Of a DNA stretch of 64,000 bases, positions 41,886-52,247 are shown piece by piece. Source of the DNA: an uncultured Verrucomicrobiae bacterium (lineage in GTDB: Bacteria > Verrucomicrobiota > Verrucomicrobiia > Chthoniobacterales > Chthoniobacteraceae); NCBI GenBank assembly GCA_963828525.1, contig CAWHEP010000002.1, forward strand, positions 128,001 to 192,000, written 5' to 3'. The notes below the pieces were generated by a model, which saw only the letters and a program-made list of their open reading frames with translations, was not told the origin of the DNA and searched no databases. Each line of letters opens with the position of its first letter. Position 1 is the stretch's first letter. The position numbers were made by a program, and so were the translations under genes.

Positions 41886-42740
41886 TTACCGATCCAAATC
41901 CACCTCCCGCCTCGCGTCAGGGTTCGCGGCATAGTATTCAGCGATCTCCTTTCCGCGCGCGAACCAGACGTTGCCAAGCGCGCGCATATCGCGGATCAGC
42001 CGCTCCAAAAGGCGGACGCGGGACGGACGCCCCATCAGCCACGGATGCATCGTCAGCACAAAGCACCCGCCGAAGTGACGCATCGCTTCGAACTCCTGCC
42101 ACCAGAGGTCATAGACCTTCGCGCAGTTCTCGGGGATCACTCCCCACGCGGGGTCGGCGTTGAAGGCGAATTGCTCCCAATCCTCCAGCATCCACTGGCA
42201 GGGAATCTCCACGATACCGGTATCCAGCATGTAGGGCACCTCATCTCCCATGAGGCTCGAATCATAAAGAAAGCCATGCTCCGCCAGCATCGCCGGAGTG
42301 CGGCGGTTGAGTTCGAACCACGGCGCGCGATAGCCAAGCGGACGCCGTCCCGCAAGGCTCTCCAGGATGTCGAGACTCTTGCGCAGCACCTCGCGCTCCT
42401 GCTCCTCCTCCATGCCCGGCAAACGCTCGTGCAGATAGCCATGCGCGCCGATCTCATGTCCGCCAGCGGCGATCGCGCGCGTCATCTTTGGATGATGCTC
42501 GGCAATATAGGACGGCACGAAAAACGTCGCCGGGACTCCGAGAAACGCCAGCAGTTCCAACAGGCGCGGGACACCCACTTTCGGCCCGTACTCGCATTGA
42601 GACATCGTGGTTAGCCGTTCGGATAACCCCGGGTTCTCCGACAGGGCGGTTGTCTCCCCATCCACATCAAAACAAAGCATGACGGCGCAGGAGGCATTGT
42701 CTGGCCACTTGAATCGCGGAATGGGTGAAAATGTTTTCAT
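41886..42740 (-). CDS. Polysaccharide deacetylase family (CE4, PuuE-allantoinase/PgdA-like) amidohydrolase
   Basis: WP...CAVMLCFDVD, YGPKVGVPR, HEIGAHGYLHE, GYRAP, YDSS, LTMHP..GRP.R. Confidence 0.9.
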   Translation of the reverse strand: MKTFSPIPRFKWPDNASCAVMLCFDVDGETTALSENPGLSERLTTMSQCEYGPKVGVPRLLELLAFLGVPATFFVPSYIAEHHPKMTRAIAAGGHEIGAHGYLHERLPGMEEEQEREVLRKSLDILESLAGRRPLGYRAPWFELNRRTPAMLAEHGFLYDSSLMGDEVPYMLDTGIVEIPCQWMLEDWEQFAFNADPAWGVIPENCAKVYDLWWQEFEAMRHFGGCFVLTMHPWLMGRPSRVRLLERLIRDMRALGNVWFARGKEIAEYYAANPDARREVDLDR

Positions 42741-43579
42741 GATTGCTTCCTGTTTGCGAAACGCTGCCTTTGCCTTGCCGCCATCCAGCAGTTGATCTGC
42801 CAGAGATCCGCGACCGGTAGATTCGAATGGGGCGCGTGATGCAGGTAACCGTCCGGCCCAAACTCGGGAGTCATCGTGGAGGTTGTGAATCCTCGCGCCT
42901 GCTGCCGGCTCCAGATTTCGCTCCACCAGCGCTCGTGGCTTTGAAGTTCATGCGCATACTCCGGAGCCGACGGGTCCGGAACCTGGGGCCCTTGCGCGTA
43001 CCCCACCCGGGCATGGACGTGATGCGCGCGTTCAAAACACAAGGTCATGATATCCGGCTCTGTATCCGGCAGCCGCTCACACACGACGCACCAATGGCTG
43101 AAGTCGCACGTCAGCTTCAAACCGGGAAGCTCCCTTAGCAGCTCGGCGGTGATCCACGGGGTAAAGGTCGAACGGCTCCTGTGCGTTTCGACGGAGATCG
43201 GGACGCCATACTGTTCGCCCAACTCCAGCGCTTCCTCGAAAAACGCAAGCTGCTGCTTCAGCGGCCAAGCGTCGCAACCGGCGATCGTCGTGATGAACAG
43301 CGGCCTCATCTCCAACGCCCGTTCAACGCCCATGCGAAGGCAGTCCAGATGATCGCTCCGGGACGCTTCCCGGCGAGGCACGTATCCTCCTGCCGTGAAC
43401 ACTTCGGCGATGAAAGCGAGGCCGCTTTCCTTCAGCCTGTCCGCGAACTCCAGCCGCTCGCAGGCGTCCTCCGGCGCGCTTGCTTCAATACCATCAAAGC
43501 CCGCGCCAATCGCCTGCGCAACGGCATCCGCGAGGCTCCCGACGTGACCCCAGAGCGGTTTGAAGAGCTTCAATTCCAT
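42737..43579 (-). CDS. Xylose-isomerase-like TIM barrel protein
   Basis: GFDGIE, ETHR, LTCDFSHWCVVCER, HVHARVG, TPEFGPDGY. Confidence 0.85.
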   Translation of the reverse strand: MELKLFKPLWGHVGSLADAVAQAIGAGFDGIEASAPEDACERLEFADRLKESGLAFIAEVFTAGGYVPRREASRSDHLDCLRMGVERALEMRPLFITTIAGCDAWPLKQQLAFFEEALELGEQYGVPISVETHRSRSTFTPWITAELLRELPGLKLTCDFSHWCVVCERLPDTEPDIMTLCFERAHHVHARVGYAQGPQVPDPSAPEYAHELQSHERWWSEIWSRQQARGFTTSTMTPEFGPDGYLHHAPHSNLPVADLWQINCWMAARQRQRFANRKQS

Positions 43580-43581
43580 GG

Positions 43582-44292
43582 TTAAAGGTCGGCAGCGACC
43601 CGGAATCCGAGATTGTCCAGACGCGAATCCGTCCAGTGCCAGTCCCGGCTCGCGCTGCGGAGCAGGCGCGGGAGATGATCCCATGCTCCACCCCGAACCA
43701 CCCTGCGTTCCGGATCATCCGCGCGCCACGCGGAGCCGTCGCGCGGCGCGTCTGAGTAATCCGGGCGCCAGGCGTCAGCAACCCATTCGCTGACGTTGCC
43801 CGCCATGTCGTACAGCCCAAACGCGTTCGCCGGAAAGGACCCGACCGGCAACACCCTCCCGGCTCCCACTTTCGCGCCCTGTTCAGAGTAAAGGTAATTG
43901 GCGTCCGCGGGCGTGATGGTAGACCCCGAGGGGAAGATGCTTTCCGACCCCGCGCGGCAGGCGTATTCCCATTCCGCTTCCGTGGCCAGGCGGCAGCGAT
44001 ACCCCGTCTGAACCGAGAGCCAACCCGTGTAATCTACTGCGTCCTGCCAGCTCACGCGCGCGACAGGCAGCGCGGGATCCGCCGCTGGGCTGCCGCCCCG
44101 AAAAGCCTGCCACTCTCCCGCGCTCACGGGACACCTTCCCAAAGCGAAGGGACGGGCGAACAACACTTCATGGCGGGGAAATTCGCTGGCATCGGCAAAC
44201 TTGTCCTCTTCGCTGCCTCCCATCAGAAACCTTCCGGCAGGGAGCACAACCATGCCGGGCGGGCATGGGTCGGCGGGCAGGAAAATATTCAA
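43582..44292 (-). CDS. Formylglycine-generating-enzyme (SUMF1/EgtB/PvdO) domain protein
   Basis: FLMGG, E.PRHEV, PVARVSWQDA, RLATEAEWEYACR, NAFGLYDMAGNVSEW, RGGAW, GFRV. TTG start overlaps the Rieske gene stop. Confidence 0.9.
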   Translation of the reverse strand: MNIFLPADPCPPGMVVLPAGRFLMGGSEEDKFADASEFPRHEVLFARPFALGRCPVSAGEWQAFRGGSPAADPALPVARVSWQDAVDYTGWLSVQTGYRCRLATEAEWEYACRAGSESIFPSGSTITPADANYLYSEQGAKVGAGRVLPVGSFPANAFGLYDMAGNVSEWVADAWRPDYSDAPRDGSAWRADDPERRVVRGGAWDHLPRLLRSASRDWHWTDSRLDNLGFRVAADL

Positions 44293-45614
44293 CGCTGGCC
44301 GGGCGCGGCAGGGCTGTCCACACCGGCCTGGGTGCCCCGGATGCGGTTCGCGATGTAGCGGTGTATCAGCCACACAGGCATCTCAAGGTGACTCAGCCGG
44401 CCGGGCTTCCACGCGGATGAATGCAGACCGCGCTGCACCGCTGTGCAGACCTCCATATCTTCCAGGTGGAATGTGAAGAGGCTTTCCGTTGCGCTTGCCC
44501 GCAGCGTTTCGAAATCTTTCCGCGCTGGCACGTCAGGAGCCACGAGCGTGGTCGTGAGTAACTTGAGCTTGGCCGGCCCCAGCGGCTGAAGCCGGTACCA
44601 GATAATGCTATCCGGCGTGGACGCGAGCAGAAAGGAAGGCGGTATGAAAAAGAGCCCCCATTCCCCTTTCTCCGCTTCGGTCAGTCCAGCGATGGTCGGA
44701 AAGCCCGTCGAGCACTCCCCCTTCTCTTCTGCCGCGCGCAGCTCCTCCCGGATGGAGGGCTTGTAAGGAAGATGCGCCCGTACGTACCCGGGCCGCTCCT
44801 GTTCCGTCCATGTATCGCGCGCCGGCATCATGGGTTGGAGCGTCGTTGAATGGATGCCGACGTGATGGTAGCTCTCCATGAAGTTCTCCACGAGAACCTT
44901 CCAGTTGAACTCGCAATCCCATTCTTTTTGGATGACGAGCTTCATCTCGCTCATCTTCCATCCGGCAAGATCCGTCTTCATCTCCGCCAAACCCCCCGCG
45001 AGCGGCTCCGCTCTCCCGTCCAGATTCACGAAAACAAATCCCTCCCAAATCTCCGTCTTGAAAGTGGACAGAAAAAAATCGTCGCGCGCGAAACCGTCCG
45101 CCTTGTGCATCTCGGGACACGCCTTCAGCCGGCCGTCGAGATCAAAGGTCCACGCGTGATAGGGGCACAGAAAGAGGCGGGCATGGCCGCAGTCTGGCTC
45201 GCCCGGCTTCGCGTCCCCAATGCCGTGCCCCTCGTAGCCAAATCCCTCTGGCATGATATCCATCGATCTGTGCGGACAAACTCGGGACAGCGCCCTCACC
45301 GCGCCATCCTTGCCGCGGACTACTATCAGGGGTTCCCCGAGCAGATCGAGATTCAGAAAGTCACCCGCCTCCGGGATTTGCGATTCGTGCGCCACGCACT
45401 GCCATCCGCCACGCAGGAGGTGATCGGCTTCCCATGCAAAGAACTCCTTGCTCGTGTAAGCCCGCGCGGGCAGCGTCGTCGCGCGGCTGAGAGGCAACGC
45501 CGCCGCTTCGCAGATCGCGCGCTGGATTTCACCCACAGCAGCCAGCGAGTCCAGGGGCCAGGAAGACTCCCCGGTCGCGGTACTTTGCTCCCTCTCCAGC
45601 ATCCCGGTCGTCAT
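44289..45614 (-). CDS. Rieske non-heme iron oxygenase alpha subunit (choline monooxygenase/CntA-like group)
   Basis: CPH...CPYH Rieske ligands, NWKVLVENFMESYHH.GIH, EDMEVC..VQRGL. Confidence 0.92.
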   Translation of the reverse strand: MTTGMLEREQSTATGESSWPLDSLAAVGEIQRAICEAAALPLSRATTLPARAYTSKEFFAWEADHLLRGGWQCVAHESQIPEAGDFLNLDLLGEPLIVVRGKDGAVRALSRVCPHRSMDIMPEGFGYEGHGIGDAKPGEPDCGHARLFLCPYHAWTFDLDGRLKACPEMHKADGFARDDFFLSTFKTEIWEGFVFVNLDGRAEPLAGGLAEMKTDLAGWKMSEMKLVIQKEWDCEFNWKVLVENFMESYHHVGIHSTTLQPMMPARDTWTEQERPGYVRAHLPYKPSIREELRAAEEKGECSTGFPTIAGLTEAEKGEWGLFFIPPSFLLASTPDSIIWYRLQPLGPAKLKLLTTTLVAPDVPARKDFETLRASATESLFTFHLEDMEVCTAVQRGLHSSAWKPGRLSHLEMPVWLIHRYIANRIRGTQAGVDSPAAPGQR

Positions 45615-45630
45615 GATTCTCCCATCCGTT

Positions 45631-46533
45631 TCATTCCACTTCATCCCCGGCATCTGTCAGTTTGATGAGCGGCAGTTTCTCTTCTTCTTCACCATCCATG
45701 TGGGGATGGATCACGTCTTCGAGCCGCTTTTTCAGCGCAAGAAACGCGGGTGAGATGAACTGCGCCGGGCTGCGGGGACGCGGCACAGGATTCTCGATGA
45801 ACTCGATCACCCTCCCGGGATTTGAGCCCATCACAAGGATGCGATCCGCAAGGTAGCACGCCTCGTCGAGATCATGGGTGATGAAAAGGATGGTGACATC
45901 CACCTTCTTCCATATTTGCAACAAATAGGACTGCATCTGCGCGCGCGTTTGGGCGTCCAACGCGCCAAATGGCTCATCCATGATGAGGATGCGCGGTTCA
46001 TTGGCGAGAGCCCGCGCGATTGCCACGCGCTGTTTCATGCCGCCGGAAAGCTCGTGGGGATAGGACTCTTCGAACTTTGAAAGACCCACCATGTCCAGCC
46101 ACTGGCGGGCCTCCGCTTCGGCGCTGGAATGCGACTTGCCGACCATCTGCAAGCCAAACATGACGTTGCGCTTCACGGTGAGCCACGGGAACAAGGTGTA
46201 ACCCTGGAACACCATCCCTCGATCCGGGCCTGGGCCGCAGACTTCATTCCCGTCCAGCAGCACTTCCCCGTCGGTTGCTTCATCCAACCCCGCGACAATC
46301 CGGATCAGTGTGGATTTTCCGCAACCCGACGGCCCGATGACGGTGATGAGCTCGCGACGATGTATATCGATGGACACGCCATCCAGCGCGATGTGCGCCG
46401 AGCCATTCTGTCCAAACGACTTTGTCAGGTTGCGCACACTGAGGATGACGGGACGCGCCTTGATCTTCTGAAAACGCGCGGCAACCTCTGGCGCGTGTTC
46501 GCGGTAGTCGGGTAATGCAAGTTCACTTGTCAT
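45631..46533 (-). CDS. ABC transporter ATP-binding protein (NitT/TauT family)
   Basis: GPSGCGKST, VFQGYTLFPW, LSGGMKQR, MDEPFGALD, ITHD. Confidence 0.95.
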   Translation of the reverse strand: MTSELALPDYREHAPEVAARFQKIKARPVILSVRNLTKSFGQNGSAHIALDGVSIDIHRRELITVIGPSGCGKSTLIRIVAGLDEATDGEVLLDGNEVCGPGPDRGMVFQGYTLFPWLTVKRNVMFGLQMVGKSHSSAEAEARQWLDMVGLSKFEESYPHELSGGMKQRVAIARALANEPRILIMDEPFGALDAQTRAQMQSYLLQIWKKVDVTILFITHDLDEACYLADRILVMGSNPGRVIEFIENPVPRPRSPAQFISPAFLALKKRLEDVIHPHMDGEEEEKLPLIKLTDAGDEVE

Positions 46534-46552
46534 ATCAGCCCCTTGGTTGTTG

Positions 46553-47599
46553 CTAAGCCTCCGCTACCATGGCCCCTGCCTTTGGTTCAAACGCTGGCAG
46601 CCGAGCCAATTTCTTCGCTTTGTCCCTTGTTTTGCGTTTCCACGGGAATAGCAAATTCCCAAGCATCGCCAGCATGAAGTCTGTGGAGAATCCTATGATC
46701 CCGATCATTGCGATCGCGGCGTACACGTTCGGGAAGTTCCGGTAGCGAGCCTGTTGATTGATGAAATACGTTATGCCCGACATGGTGCCGACAACCTCCG
46801 CGACGATGAGGTACGTCCACGCCCAGCCGAGCAAGATGCGCATATCAAGATAGATATCGGTGATGGATGCCGGGATGATGACTCGCCGGACGAGCTGCCA
46901 GCCGCGCGACCCAAGCGTTTGTGCCGCTTCGATGAGGGCCGGATCCACTTTGCGCACCGTGTTGCCGATCACCAGCACTTGCTGGAAAAACGTGCCTATG
47001 AAGATGATGGCGATCTTCGGCCCGTCATCGATGCCAAGTATGGCTACACACAGCGCCCCGAACGCGGGCGCCGGGAGGTAGCGAAAGAACTCGATGAATG
47101 GCTCCTGCAACTTGGAGAAAAACCGGTAGGAACCGCACAAGATCCCGAGTGGCACTCCAAAGAGGGAGGAGATGAAGAAACTCCAGAAGATGGTGCTGAT
47201 GCTGTGCCCGAGACTCTGGTGAAGCCATGGCTCGTTCGGCAGGCGCGGCGGAGTTTTGAAGGCCGTATAGAACGCCTGCGCCACCGTGTGCGGCGCCGGT
47301 AAATAAACCGGGTTTACCCGGTAGCCCTCAGCCGGCGTCTGCTTCTGCGCCAGCGCCTTTTTGTTCTCGCTGTCGAAATCCTCCCGGGGAATCTCCATCC
47401 CCTCGGAAAAGTAATCGATATCGCCCACCGACGTAATGCGGACGAGCGGATGCCATACAAACGGGACGTAGCTGACAAGGCACCAAAGCGCCAGTGGCAG
47501 CGCAAAGGAAAGTATGGTCAGGTAGAGCTGCCGCCGGGGCGGCAGCTCTTTCTTGAGTCCTAACCAATCACGCTGTGGAGTCAGTTCGCGATTAGCCAT
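46553..47599 (-). CDS. ABC transporter permease (NitT/TauT family)
   Basis: YLPAP, RYLP, EAAQTLG, WTYLIVAE. Confidence 0.93.
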   Translation of the reverse strand: MANRELTPQRDWLGLKKELPPRRQLYLTILSFALPLALWCLVSYVPFVWHPLVRITSVGDIDYFSEGMEIPREDFDSENKKALAQKQTPAEGYRVNPVYLPAPHTVAQAFYTAFKTPPRLPNEPWLHQSLGHSISTIFWSFFISSLFGVPLGILCGSYRFFSKLQEPFIEFFRYLPAPAFGALCVAILGIDDGPKIAIIFIGTFFQQVLVIGNTVRKVDPALIEAAQTLGSRGWQLVRRVIIPASITDIYLDMRILLGWAWTYLIVAEVVGTMSGITYFINQQARYRNFPNVYAAIAMIGIIGFSTDFMLAMLGNLLFPWKRKTRDKAKKLARLPAFEPKAGAMVAEA

Positions 47600-47643
47600 A
47601 TTGTTAGCCCTTGTTAGCCCTTGTTTGTTGAACTTAAGCCAAG

Positions 47644-48615
47644 CTATAGCCCTTTCACGATGCTCGGAGCGACGTAGTCCTTCGCTTCCTGCGAATCTTT
47701 ATACACCTTGTTATCCAGGTTGAATTTATTCCCTACCGCGATCGATCCGTAGATGGAATCAAGCCCCGTTCCCTTCTTCATCGCCACCTTCGTCTCTGCC
47801 AGCGTCAGGAAATGAGTTCCCGGGATGTTCTTGGCATACTCCGCCGCGTCCGTGTTCACCTTCGCCGCCATGATCTTCACCGCGTCATCCATCGTCTTCG
47901 GGTCTTTCAGGTAATCCACACACTTGTAGTAGATCTTCGTGACCTTGGTCCAATCGTCCTTGTGCTTCGCAAGGCTAGTCGGACTCACTTCCAGCACATC
48001 GTAGATCAAGCCCTTTGCTTGCGCGCTGGTGAATAGCTTCGTCGATCCCGCCACCTGCTTCAAAGCCTGGCCGGAAATCGGATACCATGCGCCAACCGCC
48101 GCGACCTGGCCCGAACCGAGTGTCTGCGGAGTGTTGTTCGTCGGTGTCGGCACCAGCGTGACATCACTCTGGGAAAGACCGTTTTCCTTGAGCGCCTGCA
48201 AGAGCAGCAAGTGCTCCACCAAACCGATCTCAACGCCTACTTTCTGCCCCTTCAGATCCTTGATCGACTCCACCCCCTTCTTGCCGATGATCATGTCGCT
48301 GCCTTCACTGAAGTCCAGCAGCGCGATGAATTTGCCTTTCGCCCCGGTGGCGCCTGCCCCGAGAGCGTCCGTTGCCACGATGCAGTCGGCATCGATCTTC
48401 CCAGCCGAATAGGCGTCAATCGAGGCGAGGTAGTCAAACCATACAAGGTCAACATCCAGACCCGCTTCCTTGAACCAGCCTTTCTGCTTGGCAACTTCCA
48501 GCACCGTGTAGCCCGGCCAGTCCGAGTACCCGATTTTTAGCGTGTCAGCGAGCGCCGAGGAGCCAGCCATCAATAATCCCGCGCAGGCGAGAGTGAACAA
48601 TCTATTTATTTTCAT
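47644..48615 (-). CDS. ABC transporter substrate-binding protein (SsuA/THI5-like)
   Basis: Signal peptide, IGYSDWPGY, D.S.G.D, IKDLKG, W.P. Confidence 0.9.
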   Translation of the reverse strand: MKINRLFTLACAGLLMAGSSALADTLKIGYSDWPGYTVLEVAKQKGWFKEAGLDVDLVWFDYLASIDAYSAGKIDADCIVATDALGAGATGAKGKFIALLDFSEGSDMIIGKKGVESIKDLKGQKVGVEIGLVEHLLLLQALKENGLSQSDVTLVPTPTNNTPQTLGSGQVAAVGAWYPISGQALKQVAGSTKLFTSAQAKGLIYDVLEVSPTSLAKHKDDWTKVTKIYYKCVDYLKDPKTMDDAVKIMAAKVNTDAAEYAKNIPGTHFLTLAETKVAMKKGTGLDSIYGSIAVGNKFNLDNKVYKDSQEAKDYVAPSIVKGL

Positions 48616-48648
48616 TTGGTTTTTTCTTTTTAACTGCATTACGGGGAT

Positions 48649-50010
48649 TCAAAAAAGTCGCGCGTATCGGTCGATCTCCCACTGGCTCACCGACTGGTGG
48701 TATTCCTCCCACTCAGCCCGCTTGTAGGTGATGAATTCCTGCTTCAGGCCAGCTCCCAGCACGGTTGTGGTGAAAGGGTCGGCTTCGAAAGCATCCACTG
48801 CCTCGCCCAGTGTCCGGGGTAACTGCTCGATGCCTTTCGCGCGCAGTTCAGCGTCCGTGTAGTCATACAGGTTCTCGTTGCGCGCCTCGCCGGGATCGAG
48901 GCGCTCACGCACGCCCTCCAGCCCAGCGGCGAGGATGAGCGCCGCGGCAAGATAGGGGTTGCAGGAGGAATCGGCGTTCCGCGCTTCGCAACGGCCGCCG
49001 CCCATGGGCACGCGCATCGAATTCGTCCGATTGTTCGTCCCGAAGGAGTTGAATATGGGGGCCCATGAGTAGTAGCTCATCGCGCCGCGCCTGATCAGGC
49101 GCTTATAGCTATTCACAGTGGGGGCCAGCGCCGCGCACAGCGCGCGCCCGTGCTTGAGAATCCCGGCTATGAAAGAATAGCCAACCTCGGTAAGCCCGAG
49201 CCCGCGCGTGTCCTCACCGGGCTTTGCCGCGAACAAGTTCCCGCCAGCACTCGCATCCCTTAGGGACATGTTGAAATGCGCCCCGTTTCCTGTGCGATCC
49301 GCGAACGGCTTCGGCATGAACGTGGCGAGCAAACCATGATCGGCCGCGATCTTCTTCGCCATGAATCGGAAAAACACATACCGGTCCGCCATCGTCAGGG
49401 CGTCGGCAAATTTGAAATCAAATTCGAACTGCGAGTTGCCGTCCTCGTGATCGAACGAATACACGTCCCAGCCGAGCCCATCCATTGTGCTCACCATGTC
49501 GTCGAGAAACGGGAAAGCATCCAGGAAGCGCTTTATATCATAGCAACTCTTTACAAGATTGTCGTCCGGATTGGGAACCTGGAACCGCCCGAGTTCATCC
49601 TGCTTCAGGACATACAGTTCGCACTCGATCCCGAGATTGAAGCCGAAGCCCATCTCCGCGGCCTGCGCGAGAATCTTCTTCAGAAGAACCCGTGTGCTGA
49701 ATTCATACGGCTCGCCTTTGAAATAGTTGTCAGCCGGCATCCACGCGATCTCCTTTTGCCAGGGTAGCTGAATAGCCTGTCCGATATCCGGCATGGAACA
49801 AATCTCATCGTCGTTCGGAGCCTGCCCCAGGCCATCCAGCGCGTAGCCAGTATAAAGTTCCGAGCCACCCGCAAAGTCTGCAAAGTGCGATATTGGAACG
49901 CATTTCCCCTTCGGAACTCCGTGGATGTCCACATAAGCCCCGAGGCAATACTTTACACCGAGACCGATCAGCCTTTCATGCGCCGCCTCGATGTCTTCCC
50001 CGTTCTTCAA
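48649..50010 (-). CDS. glnT: GlnT/GmaS-type glutamate-amine ligase
   Basis: [66 protein letters not shown]. Confidence 0.88.
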   Translation of the reverse strand: MKNGEDIEAAHERLIGLGVKYCLGAYVDIHGVPKGKCVPISHFADFAGGSELYTGYALDGLGQAPNDDEICSMPDIGQAIQLPWQKEIAWMPADNYFKGEPYEFSTRVLLKKILAQAAEMGFGFNLGIECELYVLKQDELGRFQVPNPDDNLVKSCYDIKRFLDAFPFLDDMVSTMDGLGWDVYSFDHEDGNSQFEFDFKFADALTMADRYVFFRFMAKKIAADHGLLATFMPKPFADRTGNGAHFNMSLRDASAGGNLFAAKPGEDTRGLGLTEVGYSFIAGILKHGRALCAALAPTVNSYKRLIRRGAMSYYSWAPIFNSFGTNNRTNSMRVPMGGGRCEARNADSSCNPYLAAALILAAGLEGVRERLDPGEARNENLYDYTDAELRAKGIEQLPRTLGEAVDAFEADPFTTTVLGAGLKQEFITYKRAEWEEYHQSVSQWEIDRYARLF

Positions 50011-50798
50011 GCGAACACCCCTCCAGATTGCGACTCGGCAAGCGGTGGTTCCTCCAACAGCCCGGCGCGCACTTGCTTCACCAAGTCTTCCACCATCCAG
50101 CCAAACAATCGTTCGCCGTTCTCCCTGCTCGCCTGGCTCGGAAATCCCGTCACGCCGTTCTTGCTTGTGCGGTTTACGGGATGCGCGAACACAGATCCTG
50201 TCGTCCGATCTTCGTCATCACTGATCGCGATCTTATCTGAACGCGTCATCGATTCATCCCGCGCCAGCATCAGGGACGTCTCGGCGGCATTCGCATGCCA
50301 GTCCGTGGCGTCAGCGAAAAACTCGTCATGAACGCGCGCGCTGATTTCGCTCACCCCTCGAATCGCCACCATGGCATTTGCGTAACGGTTGCGAATAATT
50401 TCCAGGGCGCAACGAAGCGGAGCAAAATTGCTGACATGGCCGCTGATCACCATCAGCCGTCTGAAGCCAGCTGCGTATAGCCATTCAAAAACCTGCACGA
50501 CCAGGTCGCTCAAGGTGCCCGGCTGCACTGAGAGCGTGCCAGGCCAGCGATGGGAATGACCAAGCGAGCAGCCATAGGAGATTACCGGCAGCACAGGCAC
50601 CCCTGTCCGCGCCGATACGGCGTGGGAAAGCTGCGACGCTATGGCGGAATCCATGCCAGTCGCGAGATGCGGACCGTGCTGTTCCGTCGCGCCGACCGGC
50701 AGCAGAGCCATCGTCATTCCCGAAGCCGAGAGACTTCCGATCTCCTCCCATGTGAGACGCTCCCATAAAACAGGGGCAGGGTTGCCGTCTTGCGTCAT
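50007..50798 (-). CDS. Creatininase-family amidohydrolase
   Basis: [19 protein letters not shown]...[22 protein letters not shown]. Confidence 0.92.
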   Translation of the reverse strand: MTQDGNPAPVLWERLTWEEIGSLSASGMTMALLPVGATEQHGPHLATGMDSAIASQLSHAVSARTGVPVLPVISYGCSLGHSHRWPGTLSVQPGTLSDLVVQVFEWLYAAGFRRLMVISGHVSNFAPLRCALEIIRNRYANAMVAIRGVSEISARVHDEFFADATDWHANAAETSLMLARDESMTRSDKIAISDDEDRTTGSVFAHPVNRTSKNGVTGFPSQASRENGERLFGWMVEDLVKQVRAGLLEEPPLAESQSGGVFA

Positions 50799-51484
50799 AC
50801 GGTCAGATGCTTGCGAACGACTTCCCCCGTTAGCTCAGCAATGGCTCCTTTCGCTACCACCGCTCCGCGATCCATGATGTAGAAGCGGTCACCAAGCGCC
50901 TGCGCGAAATCGAGATACTGCTCCACGAGCAATATGCTCATTTCTTTCTTCAACTTCTCGATCGTGACCCCGATCTGATCGATGATGGAGGGCTGGATGC
51001 CTTCCGTCGGCTCGTCAAGAATGAGAATCTTGGGCTGGGTTAGCAACGCCCGCCCGATTGCCAGTTGTTGCTGCTGCCCACCGCTGAGAACACCGCCCTT
51101 GCGATCCAGCATTTCCTTCAAGACCGGGAACAGTTCAAACACCCGGTCAAATTGCCCGTTCGGTTTATGCCCGCACGCGATCTGTCCGATCTTCAGATTC
51201 TCCATCACCGTGAGATGAGGAAAGATGTCGCGCCCTTGCGGCACGTAACCGATGCCTTTGCGGGCTCGCTTGTCGGAACTCGCGCCGGTAACATCCTCCC
51301 CATCCAGCGCGATTTTTCCCGCCGCGAGCTTCACGAGGCCCATGATGCTTTTTAACGTCGTCGTCTTGCCGACTCCGTTGCGTCCCATGAGGCATACGAC
51401 CTCGCGGTCGGGCACTTCCAGGTTCACACCCCTCAGGATGCGTGAACCGCTATAATAAACCTCCACGTCACTTACGCCAAGCAT
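50795..51484 (-). CDS. urtE: Urea-type ABC transporter ATP-binding subunit
   Basis: GRNGVGKTT, YVPQGRDIF, LSGGQQQQLAI, LDEPTEGIQPSI, LLVEQY. Confidence 0.93.
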   Translation of the reverse strand: MLGVSDVEVYYSGSRILRGVNLEVPDREVVCLMGRNGVGKTTTLKSIMGLVKLAAGKIALDGEDVTGASSDKRARKGIGYVPQGRDIFPHLTVMENLKIGQIACGHKPNGQFDRVFELFPVLKEMLDRKGGVLSGGQQQQLAIGRALLTQPKILILDEPTEGIQPSIIDQIGVTIEKLKKEMSILLVEQYLDFAQALGDRFYIMDRGAVVAKGAIAELTGEVVRKHLTV

Positions 51485-51485
51485 A

Positions 51486-52247
51486 TCAATTCTTTGAGTG
51501 TTTGCTGCGTCCCAGGTAAACTTCGATGACCTTTTCGTTGCTCTGCACTTCATCCACCGTGCCTTCACAGAGCACCGTGCCTTGATGCAGGACGGTCACC
51601 TTGGTTGCGATCTGCCGCACGAACGTCATGTCATGTTCGATCACTATGATGCTATGGTGCCCGGCGAGACTCAGCAGCAACTCGCCGGTCCGCGCCGTCT
51701 CTTCGTCCGTCATCCCCGCGGCGGGTTCATCCACCAGGAGGAGTTTTGCGTTCTGGGCGAGGAGCATCCCGATCTCGAGCCATTGCTTTTGCCCATGCGC
51801 GAGGAATCCAGCCTTCGCGTGCGCCTTTTCGGAGAGATTGATGATCTTCAGGATGTCATAGATGCGCTCACGCTGCGCGGGCGTTACTCGCGCGAACAAG
51901 GTGCTGAACACATCCCGCTTCCCTTCCAGCGACAGCACCAGATTTTCGAAAACGGTGTGGTCTATATAAACCGTGGGCGTCTGAAATTTCCGTCCCACGC
52001 CGAGCCGGTAAATCTGATACTCATTCAGGCCCGTCAGCTCCGTGCGTTCCTCGAACCGGATCGTGCCCGTATCAGGTTTTGAACGCCCGGTTATCAGATC
52101 GAGGAAGGTTGTTTTCCCAGCGCCATTCGGGCCGATGACCGTGCGCAGTTCGCCCCGATCCATATAGAAGTTCAACTCCGAGATCGCTTTGAATCCCTGG
52201 AACGTTTTGTTTACCCCTTCAGCCGCCAGGATGAACTCTTTCTTCAT
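51486..52247 (-). CDS. urtD: Urea-type ABC transporter ATP-binding subunit
   Basis: [42 protein letters not shown]. Confidence 0.93.
   Translation of the reverse strand: MKKEFILAAEGVNKTFQGFKAISELNFYMDRGELRTVIGPNGAGKTTFLDLITGRSKPDTGTIRFEERTELTGLNEYQIYRLGVGRKFQTPTVYIDHTVFENLVLSLEGKRDVFSTLFARVTPAQRERIYDILKIINLSEKAHAKAGFLAHGQKQWLEIGMLLAQNAKLLLVDEPAAGMTDEETARTGELLLSLAGHHSIIVIEHDMTFVRQIATKVTVLHQGTVLCEGTVDEVQSNEKVIEVYLGRSKHSKN

Noticed and set aside
47601..47620. TTGTTAGCCC tandem duplication between SBP and permease genes
   Set aside because: Only two 10-bp units; likely slippage or an assembly artefact.
48616..48648. Guanidine riboswitch before the second ABC binding protein
   Set aside because: The gap is about 33 bp, AT-rich, and has no ACGR hairpins or ykkC features.
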